Of a stretch of DNA of 64,000 nt, positions 39,690-61,670 are shown piece by piece. Numbering within the stretch: position 1 is the stretch's first letter; every line of letters begins with the position of its first letter. This stretch comes from the human T2T-CHM13v2.0 reference genome, Homo sapiens, in the NCBI RefSeq assembly GCF_009914755.1, contig NC_060937.1. The stretch is one strand, 5' to 3'. The notes beneath the pieces are model-generated. The model had not been told where the DNA came from. It did not search any database and saw only the letters and a list, made by a program, of their open reading frames with translations. Position numbers and translations under genes: made by a program.

Positions 39690-40950
39690 TAATACTTTTT
39701 AACAGTTGCTCTGGGAATTAAAATATGCATTCTTAACTTATCACAGTCTATCAGGTTTAATATTGCACCATTACCTATTTCAGTCTTTATATATCACATC
39801 ACAAATGTGGAAACCTTCTAGATATGTTATAACCACCTTATAATGATACTATTTTTTGTTCTAAACAGATATTTATCATTTAAGAAAATTATGAATGAAA
39901 CAAAATAGTCTTCAATATTTATCCACATTTCTATTTTTTTGTTTTGTCTCTTCCTTTGATAGACTTGAGATGTGATCTGTTGTCATTTGTCTTAGACTAA
40001 GGACATTAGTATCTTTTGTAGTGCAGGTTTCTGACAATAAAATACCTCTGTTCGTTCTCTAAAAATGTCTATTACACAATCTTTTTGATGTGTGTTTACA
40101 TAACACATAGATTTCTGAGTACTCTTTTTTTTAGTGTTTAAATACCATAGATATGTATTTTTATCTTTTGGCTTCTATTGTTTCTGGTAAGTTTGTCATA
40201 ATTAATATAATTATCCTTTATATATATAGTTATTTCTTCTGAAATATATTCTTCTTATATATTCTTCTTATATATATTGTTCTTTCTTTGCTTTTGATTT
40301 TCAGTATTTTTGCTATGATATGCCTTAATGCAGTTTGCTTTGTATTTATTCTGATTTAGTTTCAGGAAGAGACAAGTGATTGTTTTCTCACCAAATTTTT
40401 GGAAAATTGTAAACCATTGTTTCATCTTATATTTTTTTCTACCATGTTATTTCTCTCTCTTTTGGTGCTTCCCAAATCAAGCATATGTTAGACTTTTTGT
40501 CCCTTAGGCCATTTTAGTTTTTTAGATTTTCTTGTCTCTATTCTTCAGATTAGATAATTTAAATGGATTTGTCTTCAATATTACTGAATTTTTCTTCTGT
40601 AATCTCCAATCTGCTATTAAGCCTATCTAATGAGTATTTCATTTCGGATGGTATAATTTTAAGTTTGATAACTTCTATTTTCTTCTTTTTAATAGTTTTC
40701 AATTTTTATTTTTTAGATTTCCTGTATGTTTAATCATTGACTTTAAAAAAAACTAATTGAACAAATTAATAATAGATATTGTTTGCTAATTCCAACTACT
40801 AAGTTATCTAAAGACTTTTTCTATTGACCACTTTTTTTTTCACTTTTTGTTTCTTGATATTTGATAACATACTCCTGATATTTTAATTTCTAGTAAGTTT
40901 TTATTGTATTCTCTATGGGTTATGAATTTTATTATTGTTATTTTTAAAGA
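39690..40950 (-). mobile_element. Old L1M (L1ME/L1M5) ORF1-region fragment
   Basis: atatgcattcttaacttatcacagtcta, ttttgctatgatatgcctt, ttcttctgtaatctccaatctgctattaagcctatctaatgagt. Confidence 0.6.
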
Positions 40951-43774
40951 GTCTTAATATTGTTTTATTAAGATATTTTCATTCAACACCTTAAATTGGA
41001 TTAATGATTTATTTTTAACCACAAAACAAGCATGTTACTTTAATACCTGAAACTGTATCATTTAAATATTTGCTATCAGCATTTAAATAATTAGTATTTG
41101 CTATAATGTTTTTAGGGTTACCAAAAATACATGAAAATCTGAGTCTGAATATCTAAAAATTGCTTTAAAAATCACATTTTTTTAGTTTATATGCTTTTTT
41201 AATAATGAGAACTTTCATGAAAAAGAATACTAATAACAATGAAAATAGTAACCAAGAATAATAATAACCTAAGAAAATCTAAAAAGTCAGAATCATATAC
41301 TTTGGATATTATTTGCTTAGTTAATTAATTAATTTTTTTTTTTTGCCCAAAGCAATCATATTTACCTGTTTACTTTAAGATATCTACTTCTCTATGTTTG
41401 TAAAACAGTTAAACACATTTTGGTTGACCCTATGTTCCATAGAATGTGGTATTTTTCACAAAGCTTCTTCTTAAAACATGAGTTACGTTTTTTTCTAATC
41501 AAAGTGCCTTATGATGAAATGAAGTCTTACAATGTTTTTTGAAAAAAATGCAAAATATTTAATGAGTAAAGCAGTAATGCAATCTTAACATCAATCTTTT
41601 CTATTCATTATTTTTAAGTTATTATATATTGTTTCCCTTATGATATTGCTTATGAAGAATTCAGGGTATTTGCTTTCTAGTTGCACATGAGTAAACTGCC
41701 AGACCTAACTCAAGTGGTTTAGCTTGCTCCTGTTAAGCAGAAACACGGCAGACCCAGCTAATTGGGCAATTAAAATTAAGGAAGATGCAGCACAAAGAGA
41801 GTCTCCCCATTCAACTCCACTCAGCACAAAATATTGTTAATTCAACATTAAAATGATCTTATACTTCATATAAATACTAGGCTTTGTATTGATCCTTGGT
41901 GATCTAAGGCTAATTTTACTTTCTATATTACTAAAAAATTTTTAGGTTACATGAAGCTAATATTTAGTATTTAGAATACTAAATATTAAGTTTTGGTTGC
42001 TTTTCTACAACCAAAATGTCTGACTTTCTCTAAAATTTTGGCCAGCTATTGTAAAAATGTACAGAAAATGTCAAAATCAAAAATGGATACTAGCTAATGG
42101 TAGAAATGAATCTATTTTCACAAGGATAGTATAAAAATTTGACTTAATTCTTCAGTATTGTAATGCTGATGCTTCTGTTATTTGAATTGAGCTTCCTTAG
42201 TTGAGCATAAACTGAACTGTTTCTACATGATTTGTATTATTCTATATATTTAACATAATATTAACATAAAATATAAACATATATGTACAAAATAGCTATA
42301 TATTATTTGTATGTATAATTTTCTTATTTTGTCGCTTTAAGAGACACTTTTTTATTTTTCTTAGTTAACCTTAGGGAATGCCCCTAACATTTTCTTTTCC
42401 ATTTTTATGCTATACTTATTGTATTTTTTCCGCATATCTCCATTGTCCTTCCAGCTGGAGCATTCACCTTTGCTTCCTCGGGTCTGTTATCTGAAGTTAG
42501 AGATTTGTTCATTTTAGCAAGTAGTTGAAGTAATTCTGCATATCTTGGCAATGTGTACATGATGTCTTCATAAGAAATTACTTTGACATTCTATAGACAG
42601 TGCCTTTGGTTTCCTGGGGTCATTTAATTTGCAGTGATCGTAGTCTAGATCACAGTTGGCATTGTGTGTTTCTGCATTTTATAACAATTGGATTCTTCTA
42701 TACTGTGTTTAAAAGATCTTAGCACAGTGGAGAAGGATGTTGCTTTGCTTAGGGCTTCAAAGGCAATGGAAAAGATAAATGAAGGACAGAGAAGAAAGAC
42801 TTATAATTTGCTTGGAAACTTGATTTTGCTATTTTTGTGCTTTTCTAAATATAAATATAAAGATGAAGTTTTAATTGTTGAAAGGCTAGCAATTATAATC
42901 AGTATGTGAGTTCATATAATTTTTCTTTGTGCACTACCCCATAATCCATATTTGTCTCGGTACATGTATTACACTTTCAGGCTTTCTTTAGCCTATGCAG
43001 CCATTTTCATGGTATTGTTGATCCAATCAGTTGGACGGGTTGGGAGGGGCCCTACAGTGATTGATACATTTTCTTATCCATTAGCAAAAAAAACACAGGA
43101 TAGCATTATAACAGGGAATAATACGTAGGAACCAATATTTTCTATGTAACCATGGAGAGAATACAAAATATACTAAACAATTGATTAGTAGAAAAGTTTG
43201 TACGTATTATGAGTTTTGAATAAGTCTAGAAATGAATGCAATTCAATATGAGTTTTCAGGGTCTCAAGGTATACATATAAGTCTAAAAATGCACGTGTCA
43301 ATCTTAACCAAAAAAGTAGCAAATCCATCTTTAAAATATTTTGTAAATATGTAACTGAATGTTGATACTAAAATTTCCATTTAAGTGTTACATTTTGCAA
43401 TGATTATCAGAGAAGTTTGGAACCAAATTCTGTTTGTCCTAGTGTTTTGAAAAGGTGATAGAGATTGACAACAAATGACCAAGCTAATAGTCTGTAATGT
43501 GGAAGCTTCTTGGTTAACTTCATTAACATCGCTTAACAGAATGGGTTCATTCTTTTTAAGGAGTTTTCTAGCTTCAAGGTAAAATAGAGTGAAAGTATCT
43601 AAAGGTGGAATTAGAGAAAAGCAAACTGTTTTGGTCAACACTCCTCTACACATGTTAACTCTCCTTCAGATGCAGGTATCAGAGGACTGTCTTAAAGCAA
43701 GGCAATATGCAATTTCTTATACTTAACTGAACATTTTTAATGACAAGAAAAGATCAATAGAAACTAAAATAAAA

Positions 43775-43945
43775 ACTTTGCTATGCACAGTGTGGCCAGT
43801 GGATCAACATCAGCATTATATACTGGAGGGCAGCTTCAAAATGCAGAATCTTAAGCCTCACCACTGGCCCACTAAATCAGAATTTACATTTTAACAAGAC
43901 ATTTAGGTGTTTTGTATGCATAGTAAAGTTTAATAATGTATTTTC
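43775..43945. mobile_element. MER5A-like hAT-Charlie element
   Basis: catcagcatt...aaaatgcagaatcttaagcctcacc...actaaatcagaatttacattttaacaaga...tgtatgcatagtaaagttt. Confidence 0.75.
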
Positions 43946-44039
43946 TAAAATGCCCTTAGTTTGCCATAAGTTAAGTACTTTTAATTAGAATCCAACAATA
44001 CTGGTTTCTAGAGGTGCCAAGAAGAATAAGGAACATATC

Positions 44040-51000
<6,961 letters not shown>

Positions 51001-53794
51001 AAGAAAATCGTAAGAGCCGAAGTACTCAAATATTGTACATGGTGCTGAAATATGCCTGCAGAACATGAGTAAATATAGGGATGTTTCACAATTCAAAGCT
51101 CTAACTCCTATGATATGAACATGAAATTCTTAGTGAAATATAACGGAACATATTTCAACTAGAGTAATTCGTTCATTAGGAACCCAGTAATATCTGGTTT
51201 TTGCCCATGTTATGCAGCATTTTTTATTATCTTGTTCTATAATGTTTTAAAATATTAAAGCTAGTACAAAATTCTTTATGTAAAAGATGTATCTTAACAT
51301 TAAATAAATGTTGTATGAGTCCATTATCTTTTTAAATTTATCTAAAGCACTTTTAAAATTTTTATATCAACCATTTTTTTCAAGTGGTTGAACTCATTAT
51401 TCTGTTGTAAATAAATGTTTCCATGCTTAAGGCAGTCTTTGTGTGCATGCTTTTTTAAAAAAAATATATCCTTGTAAATATAAGTTTGCTTCAGATTTTC
51501 TTTCAAGTATTACTAAATTTCTAATTTTTTTTTGCTCACTTATTCTAACTGGCAGAAGTCCTTTAGAAATTTCCTTTGGGCTTTCACACTGTTCATTTCT
51601 CTTTTGAAGTGCAAGTGTGTATTTATGCCTTGCTGAGGTGCTAAGCCACATTACCTTTACAAGTCAAATTCAGATTTTTCCAGATCTTAGTGATGCCTTA
51701 AGAAGAGTACCAGTTAATGATAATAATAAAATGTTACTTACTTGATGTTGGCGGGAGGACTGTGAAATTCACATGGTAAAATGATTTACAGTTCTTAGAA
51801 ACAAAATATATTACAAAAACTAAATGTGATAAAGAAATTTTTACACTTTTAAATTGCTGCCATTTTCTTGAGGAAACAGGAGAACATGTTTTTTCATTTG
51901 GTTTTGAAATTGTTTTGAGTTGTACTAATATATGCTGTAGTATATCATAATGAATATGAACATTTTCTGGCAAAGTCTTATCTTTGAGCCACTGCAAGAT
52001 GATTCTGCAGGACATTGAAAAAAATTGATAACAGAAAGAGTTCATTCTAATCTAAAAGTGCTTTGTGGAGCTAGAAAGTAGCTGAGACTACTGGGATAAT
52101 CTGAGTCAATTATGTTGAATTCACATAGGGTGCTTATGCAGTTCTCAGCTCCTCCCTTCAACAGCTGTTCTTAATCAGTCCTGATGCCCTCTACAATGCT
52201 GACTCTGTCTTACTCAAGCAAGACTCCTTAATAATTGCTCACTCATCTGGATCAATCTCTCGCATCGCTTGCCTTTTCACTTTTTGCTTCCTCTCAGTTA
52301 TTTCTGACTTCTTTACATTAAATATTAATGATTTCTTGTTTTATTTTGCTAAAACTTTACATAAAATGTGAAATTCAGAATGGTATTTTACATAACAGAG
52401 TGGAGGTCCAGAGAAGTCTAAGAGCTTTATTTTTATTCACTAGCTATGGCTAATTGCTAGACATAAAAAAAAATCAAGAAATAGACATCTATATTCCCAT
52501 TTTATAATTTTTTTGGAACTATAACTGTCATCTGTGATATTATATCTTTGCCCATCTCTCTTGTAGGTCAGTTAGGATTCAGAGTGATGTATTTACTAAA
52601 TGGAAATGAAATAATTTATTTGTATCTATCACATTTTGACCTCTTCTAGCATCTATTTTTAGGAAATCGTTTTAAAACAGAACTGACCCTGCAGCTGAGA
52701 CCACATTCCTAAGTTTGCATAATATATTAACAAAACTAAACTAAACAATGTTTAATGATTTTGTGGAAGGAGATTCCTTCACAAGCATGGAATACAAAAT
52801 TGCTACACTGTGAAGCCTCTATAATGTATACCTTTGGTATTGCCAACTATTTATGTTTTAAATATAAGACGTAAATAATATGGTGTCTCCATGGGAGCAG
52901 TGAAATGTATCAATATAAACCAATAGTTAGTAGCTGAATCCTCAGTGTATCCTAATAGCTGGCTCCACTTAAAGCTGGCCCCAGTTAAAGTAGCCACTGT
53001 TTGCCATACATGAAGCTAAGTGTTAAGTGTTTTAAAAACATTGTTTAATTAACATCTTAATATGTTTTCAGTATAAAACCTGCCGAGTAAGTCTGAGTCT
53101 CAGTTTATGGATAGAAGTGTTCAACATTACATTCATGGGTTGAATTTTTCCAAAATTAATTAATCTGGTCTTTCACTCAGAATTAAACAAGCATTTCTTC
53201 ATCAGTTCAGTTTCTTTCTGTCCTACCCTAACAGATGTTTTTGAATTACATAGTTAAAGTGTCCACACATAGCATGTTAACCAGAATCTTTATCTATTAC
53301 TATGTCTCCTAGCTTCCTTAGTAGTGGTCCAAACTCCTTCACACAGATATTGCCACGTTTTTCACTATTTTTTCTTTTTCCCACGTGCGAATCCCTATAT
53401 TTTAGTGAAAAAATTTAAGGAGTTGCCGTGGAAGCAAAATATACAGTTAATGATTTTATGCTAATGTATTAATGTTTCATGTAAATTGATGTGTTACTCT
53501 TCCCAAGAGTAATAGCATTTAGAAAGGGAAGAAAAATCTTTTTTATTCTAAGCCACTTTCGATAAAGAAATTTCCAATGATGAAAAAGTGCTTCCGAGTG
53601 GAAGCAATTTTCTTCCATTCTCATCCAAGTGTCTGTGAGGAATGATGTGCTGGAGCTGGTTTGCACCTATGGTTAAGAACTGATTGTCAGTGGTAAGGGA
53701 CATTACCCCTATATATCTTGCATTGTACCGCATGGTAACAACAACTACAAAACCCCCAAAACAAAAAAGGCAAAAACAAGATATACATAAAAAA

Positions 53795-55830
<2,036 letters not shown>

Positions 55831-57374
55831 AAAAAAGTCTATTTAATATGATAGACTTTATGTACACCATTGTTGTAAAATCACTACCTACACATTATTC
55901 TCCCTTCTTCCCACCTCTGCAATACATTGCATATAAACAAAACGCTTAACCCATTGTGTATTCTTTATAAAAACCTGGCGAACTCTTACTAATGATTTAT
56001 GATTCAGTTTAGATATCACATTCTTCATCATATATCTAGAGAATGGATGAGTTGTCACTTTAATGGGGAATATATTATCACACATTAACTCCCCTTTATT
56101 TAACTTAAATTTCTACATTGTTGTTGTTTTTTATCACCTTTCTCACTTATTAGATCATAAACTTCATTAAGTAGGGATCACATATTTTCAATGCCCAGTA
56201 ATATGCTTAAAAAATTGAAGACATAAAGTATATATTGATGAATAGAATAATAGAATAAAATAAAATAAATAATAATAGAAGGACAGGGGAAGAAGAAACA
56301 GAGTTTACAGAGTAAGTGGCGGAAAGAGATGTGAAAGAAGAAGACCAATATATATTTTATCTAGCGTGTAAGCCTGCTTCTAAAAATCTGCTTGCAATTT
56401 TGACAAACATGGAATACATACTATATAACTTAGCAGAACATGATTCGATTTCCTCTTCTGTGAAATGAGAGTGTTGATCTAAGTCCCTTCCAGCTTTAAA
56501 ATGCAAAGGTTTTGTGACTCTTGGATTCCCAAGTGAAATATGGTCTGTGATTTGTGTACATTTCTTTTTCCCCATGTTTGGTCATGCCTAGTACTCTAAA
56601 ACCTCAGACTGGTCCTGGATGCCCTCAAGATGCCTGTTTAGTCTCACTTCCTCTCCTGTCATGGGATGGTAGACTTCAATACTCTTACTATTTCACGTTT
56701 TATTACCACTCGTAAAAAAATCATCTGTGCTGTCTTTGCAATATTTTTATTTGCTCTAGATTGCCTTACTTTCCTTCTCAATATATAAAGAAAAAAGATC
56801 TTCTGTTTTCCTCTGGTTTTTAAAATTTGTCTGTTTTTAATATTTGACATTAGGAAAGGAAATTATCACTAAATGCCATCATTTAAAAATTGCTAGAAAA
56901 GATATTGTGTGAAAATGTGTGATTTTGCAATGATTATAATTAATTCACTATTGGTTCTTCAGAGCAGTTTGTTATTGATTCATACTGCTTTATAGTTTTC
57001 CATATATCATTAAAGGTTCATTAATGAAGACCTATCTTTATCCTCTTGCCATCTTTTTTGTTTTATTCAAAGGTCTCTGCTGAAATATAAGCCAATAACA
57101 CATGCATGATACTGATTTCACTAGAAGCTGATCACATTTAATTCTGCCTTCAATAGTGGCTTGTTTTCTGAAATGAGGCACTTTTTATAGCTACTCTAAA
57201 AGCTCACACATTTTATTCGTTTTTCTAGATAATATAAATCTCATGGAAAGAAGTATGAATTTTAGAATTTGAGTGTTTATGGTACAGTGAAATAAAGCCC
57301 TGAGTCCAAAACTCATTAAACTAAACCATATTAGGTCAACCTTAAATCCTTTTCTTACTTAGTGCTTAAGAAAA

Positions 57375-57602
57375 TGTACAGCATGGTGACTATAATTAAT
57401 GATGATATATTGCATTCTTGAAAAATGCTAAGACAGTGGATGTTAAATGTTCTCACCACAGAATGATAGCTATGTGAGATAATTCATGTTTTAATTAGCT
57501 CAATTTAAGCATTCCACAAAGTATATATACTTCAAAACCTCATGTTGTACACAACAGATACAATTTTATCTGTCAATGTAAAATAAATAAATTTGAAAAA
57601 AA
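57375..57602 (+). mobile_element. L1MA 3'-terminal fragment
   Basis: gtacagcatggtgactata...gatgttaaatgttctcaccaca...tatatacttcaaaacctcatgttgtacac...tgtcaatgtaaaataaataaa. Confidence 0.85.
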
Positions 57603-59318
57603 CCCACATAGCCTCATTAGACTTCCTTTTTTGTCAAATACAAAAACCAGAGTTGGTTTTTCATTAGAGAGGACATTAGATTTGAAAGCCAGAATAATGG
57701 AAAATTTGAGTGATACCAAATGAGTCATATTATGTTTGTAAGCTTACTTCCTCCTTGGTAGTTTTAAATAATTAGGGAAATGATCTTTTAGTACACTGCT
57801 TCAGCAGCAATATAATTATTTTGTCTAACACAGGACCTAATTTTCTACCATTAGTTGTACATGTTAATTAAGAGTCATTTCAACCAATCAAAAGACAGAT
57901 ATTTAATGAGTTTCTATTATGTGAACAAGTCTGTGTTTAGTTCTATAGAACAGTAGATTTTGAACTTTTTAAATTAAGATTTACAGCTGAGAAATCTGTC
58001 ATATATTGTGAACCAGCATTCATGCACACTTTCAACAGAAACAAGTTTCAAGGAACAAAACTTCCGTTTATATTTGTGAGGCACTCTGAGGCAGTCTTTG
58101 CTTTCTACTATTCTATTTTATTTTATTTATTTTATGTTATTTCGTTAAATAATGTTGATTGAGACCCATGATCAGCAGATTGAAAAACACTATTATGATG
58201 TACATATAAGCTGTATCTTCAAGGTGATATCTAGGTCAGAAGAGAAGAATAACATGAAACAATGTACAGTTTAATAAGAGACAGTGAAATTGTCTTTGAA
58301 GAAATGAGACTGGAGCCAGACTCTGAAGAACAAGAAGAATGTGGAAAAGCAAAGGTACAAACAGGAAAGGCCAAGAATAAACCATAGACTTGACCATAAG
58401 AATAAACATGGACTTGTTCTCACGATAGTGAGGAGACACTATTGATTGAAGTGCAAATATGGTCTTGGGACAAAGGAATTATAAAGGCAGAGAAAAAGTC
58501 TCTAACTAGATGAATAATAACTCAGAACAAGAGAGAAAAGTTTACACCTAACATAGGAGAAAAAAGAGAACAATTCAAATATTTTGATCATTAGAAATGT
58601 GTTGATGAAATGATATTTAAGAAAAATTATAATATGATGAAAGTATACAGAATGAATTATGAATAAATGACTCCAGAGAGAGAGAGATCTGCTGTGACAG
58701 TCATTCTGATGTCATTTAAATAGAATCTAGACAAGGTGTTAGCCATAAGGATATACATTAAATCAATTTACGGGAATGGTTTATGAATTTTCTGCTTACA
58801 GAAGTGATATGTATTATGCATTTGTTATCAAATTGTCTCCTTTAAATTTTTCCATCTTAAAATGTTGCAAAATACAGTGAAATTTTATAGATGTTATTCA
58901 TTAATTAAGCAAATATTCATTAAGCACCTATTCTGGTCAGAGTGCCTGCTTTGTAAAACTTACTTTCTAGTGGGAGAAGAAAGATAGTATTTATGAAGAA
59001 CAAACAGAATAATTTTAGATAATAAATAATGCTGGTTTATGAGATAGAATATTAGAGGTCTAAGAATGGGTTATTTTAGCTGCAAGCGGCAACGCAGAAA
59101 TAACTAAGAGAAATAGAGCCCATACCAGGACTTTCAATTCCACATATGACCCTTTCTTATCTCATGAAAAAAATCAGAAACAACATATGTGGACAAAGGA
59201 CCTGGATCATGAAAACATAAATGCTCTGGAGACAGAAAAATATGAAGATTGTACCCAAGACCAGTTCCTTGATCTGTAGAAGTCAGAAGAGCTATCTGAC
59301 TCCCATAGGTCATGCAAT

Positions 59319-60044
59319 TGATGCAGGATTTTTCTCAGTCATTTTGCCAGCTGGGGACCTCTGCAGCTGGTTACCTCCCCACCCAGGCCCAGGGCCTGCC
59401 ACAGGAGGCAACCTGTCCACTTGGACCATCAAGCCACTCCTGGCTTGAGCACTAGCCTGGATCCCACACTCACTGCAGGAGCTGTGCTCAGCCCATGCCT
59501 GGGCCAGCATGCCTCAGCCTGACTGTGTCACAGCTTGTACCCCCATTCGACAGTTCCCAAGTTCTTGTTCTGCATCCAAGAAGAATTAGGTCATACTGTC
59601 TCTCAAAAGGTGAGGAGGATGGATAATTTTATTGAGCAACAGGACAGCTCTCAGCAGAAAGGGGACACAAGGGTGGTCCCTACCTGAAGTCATGTGGTCT
59701 CCCTCCCCATGTGACGGGGTCTGGGATTTTTATGGGCTCAGCATGGGGGAGTGTGTGCTTACTGGTTTGTGAGTATGCAAAAAAGACTAAAATAAAGGCA
59801 CCACTCAAAGGTGGGCACAACAATGTAAAAAAAACAATTAGGGAAGAATAGGTATATGTGAAACAGGTGAAGGGTGGAGATCAGAGGAAAGCACACCACA
59901 TGGGAAGAGAGGTTCTCAATCTGGTCCATGGATTTGACTTGTTGCTTGGCTTTCATGCTTTAAACTGTCTTTGGCTTGAAGGTGGGGTTTCACTGGGGAG
60001 CCACCCCTGTCTGCCTAGGATTTATCTGCCTCTTGCTGCTATCA
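59319..60044 (-). mobile_element. ERV1 solo LTR, LTR27-like (MER52/LTR1/LTR27/LTR28 group)
   Basis: TG...CA termini. Minus-strand start tgatagcagcaagaggcagataaatcctaggcagacaggggtgg...gaaaccccaccttcaagccaaagacag. 4-bp TSD caat/caat. Confidence 0.85.
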
Positions 60045-60434
60045 CAATTGGTTTGATTCTAAGTCAATTATATTTAAATCTCTAAGTGTCAAGGTGCCAT
60101 ATGGTTACCCTAGGATTGCTGAGTTTTAGTAAAAGTTATAACAGAGTAAAGCAGAATAAGCATCTCTAGGGATTATTGTTTCAACCAGAAATGATTGGAC
60201 AGCCACCCCCAGATCTACTTGATCAAGCAATTTAGGACCTGCTGAAGAATCTGCATTAATAACAAATACCCCAGGTAAAGCCAAAAACTATAAAAATTCA
60301 AGAATCACTGAGAATTTATTTTATTGTACAGTTGAGTTGGGCTGAAGCTGGTGAGATTAAGTAATGCTCGTGTTCATCCTGTCAGGGATTAAGCTAAAAC
60401 TAGGATCTGATTTTTCTTGATGTTTTCAAAAGAG

Positions 60435-60930
60435 CATAGCTTTTATATTTAGACACATCTGACTGGTGTTTGGCTATGTTTTTCACTAGTTATATGACCC
60501 ATGTCAAACGGATTAAGCTCTCTGAGCCACTGATTTCTTTTCTGAAAATGGGGATAATTATACCTACCTTAAAGGTGTCATTTTATTTGAAGGATCCAGG
60601 ATAACTTTTGTTAACCAATGGTGCCTGGCATAAAGAACCTGAATAAACTGTAGCTATTGTCATGGTGCCTTCTGTATTGAGACTAACAGAGTAAATGTTC
60701 AAGCATGTGGGCTCTAGAGCTAAACAGTGTGTGCTCAGATCTCAGTGCTGCCATTTACTAGCACAGAGACTTTGGAGGAAGCATTGTAAACTCATTGTGC
60801 CACAGTCCCTTCATTGGTCAAATGGTGAATGGAATGTAACACCTTAATGAATTGTTAAGAATAAATAAGTTAATACAAAAAAAAACTATTTAAAACAGGG
60901 CATGGCATATTTAGGTACTCAATATTCTCT
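60435..60930 (+). mobile_element. Two adjacent MIR SINEs (about 60435-60660 and 60680-60930)
   Basis: ctctctgagccactgatttctttctgaaaatggggataattatacctacct; ggctctagagctaaacag...tgccatttactagc...catggcatatttaggtactcaat. Confidence 0.78.
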
Positions 60931-61670
60931 TGTTGTATGTCCTCACTTACAAAGAAAAAGAGAAATAGCCTTGGGGAGGTCATTGTTCATAGGAAGGCTG
61001 CTGTGTAGTCAGACAATTTCAGTTACAGAAGAATGAGTGTGGTATGTGGATCATTTAAAAGAGGTCAGTGTAACCTTAAGAGTCAGGAATGCTTGGATAC
61101 CTATTTCTCCTGTATATAGAGTTGTCTCCTCGGATATTTCAAATTCAGGTAAGGCCAAAAATTGGGTAGACTGAATGTTCCCCCTGGGTGTCTTTGTTCT
61201 GTTTATTTTCTCAACTGTCTTTCTCCTTACTACTTTTCTTGTTTCTTTACTCTAGGTAACTTTGTGTTTTCTTTGGATTTTTAGAAATCCAGTGAAACAA
61301 AAATGTGATTGTTACATTTGAATACATTTTCTAGCTTCATGGGTGTTTAGTCTTGTATGGAAACCTCAAAATACATTATTATTCCCAAAGAGGAAAAATA
61401 ATTTTCAAACGTTTCAATTAAAGTTCTTGTCCATTAAAATATTCAGGTCACATCAACTAAGCTCCTCATGTAAAATAATAAATAACACTAAATAACATAA
61501 CTAGCTACTTTTGTTTTAAAACATACCTTAATTATGATTAACATTAGGTTAAAAGAGTGAATCATATTTACATATGTACATAAAGGCAGTCAATAAGTCC
61601 TGATGACTGTACTTTCAGAGGCAGTTTCAGACCTGCTGTTTGTATTTCTGACCCCCAACTCTACTGCCAC

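Noticed and set aside
42400-42800. Protein-like minus-strand translations (e.g. NANCDLDYDHCK)
   Set aside because: Multiple stops, no consistent splice sites and no recognisable family, so a pseudogene call cannot be supported.
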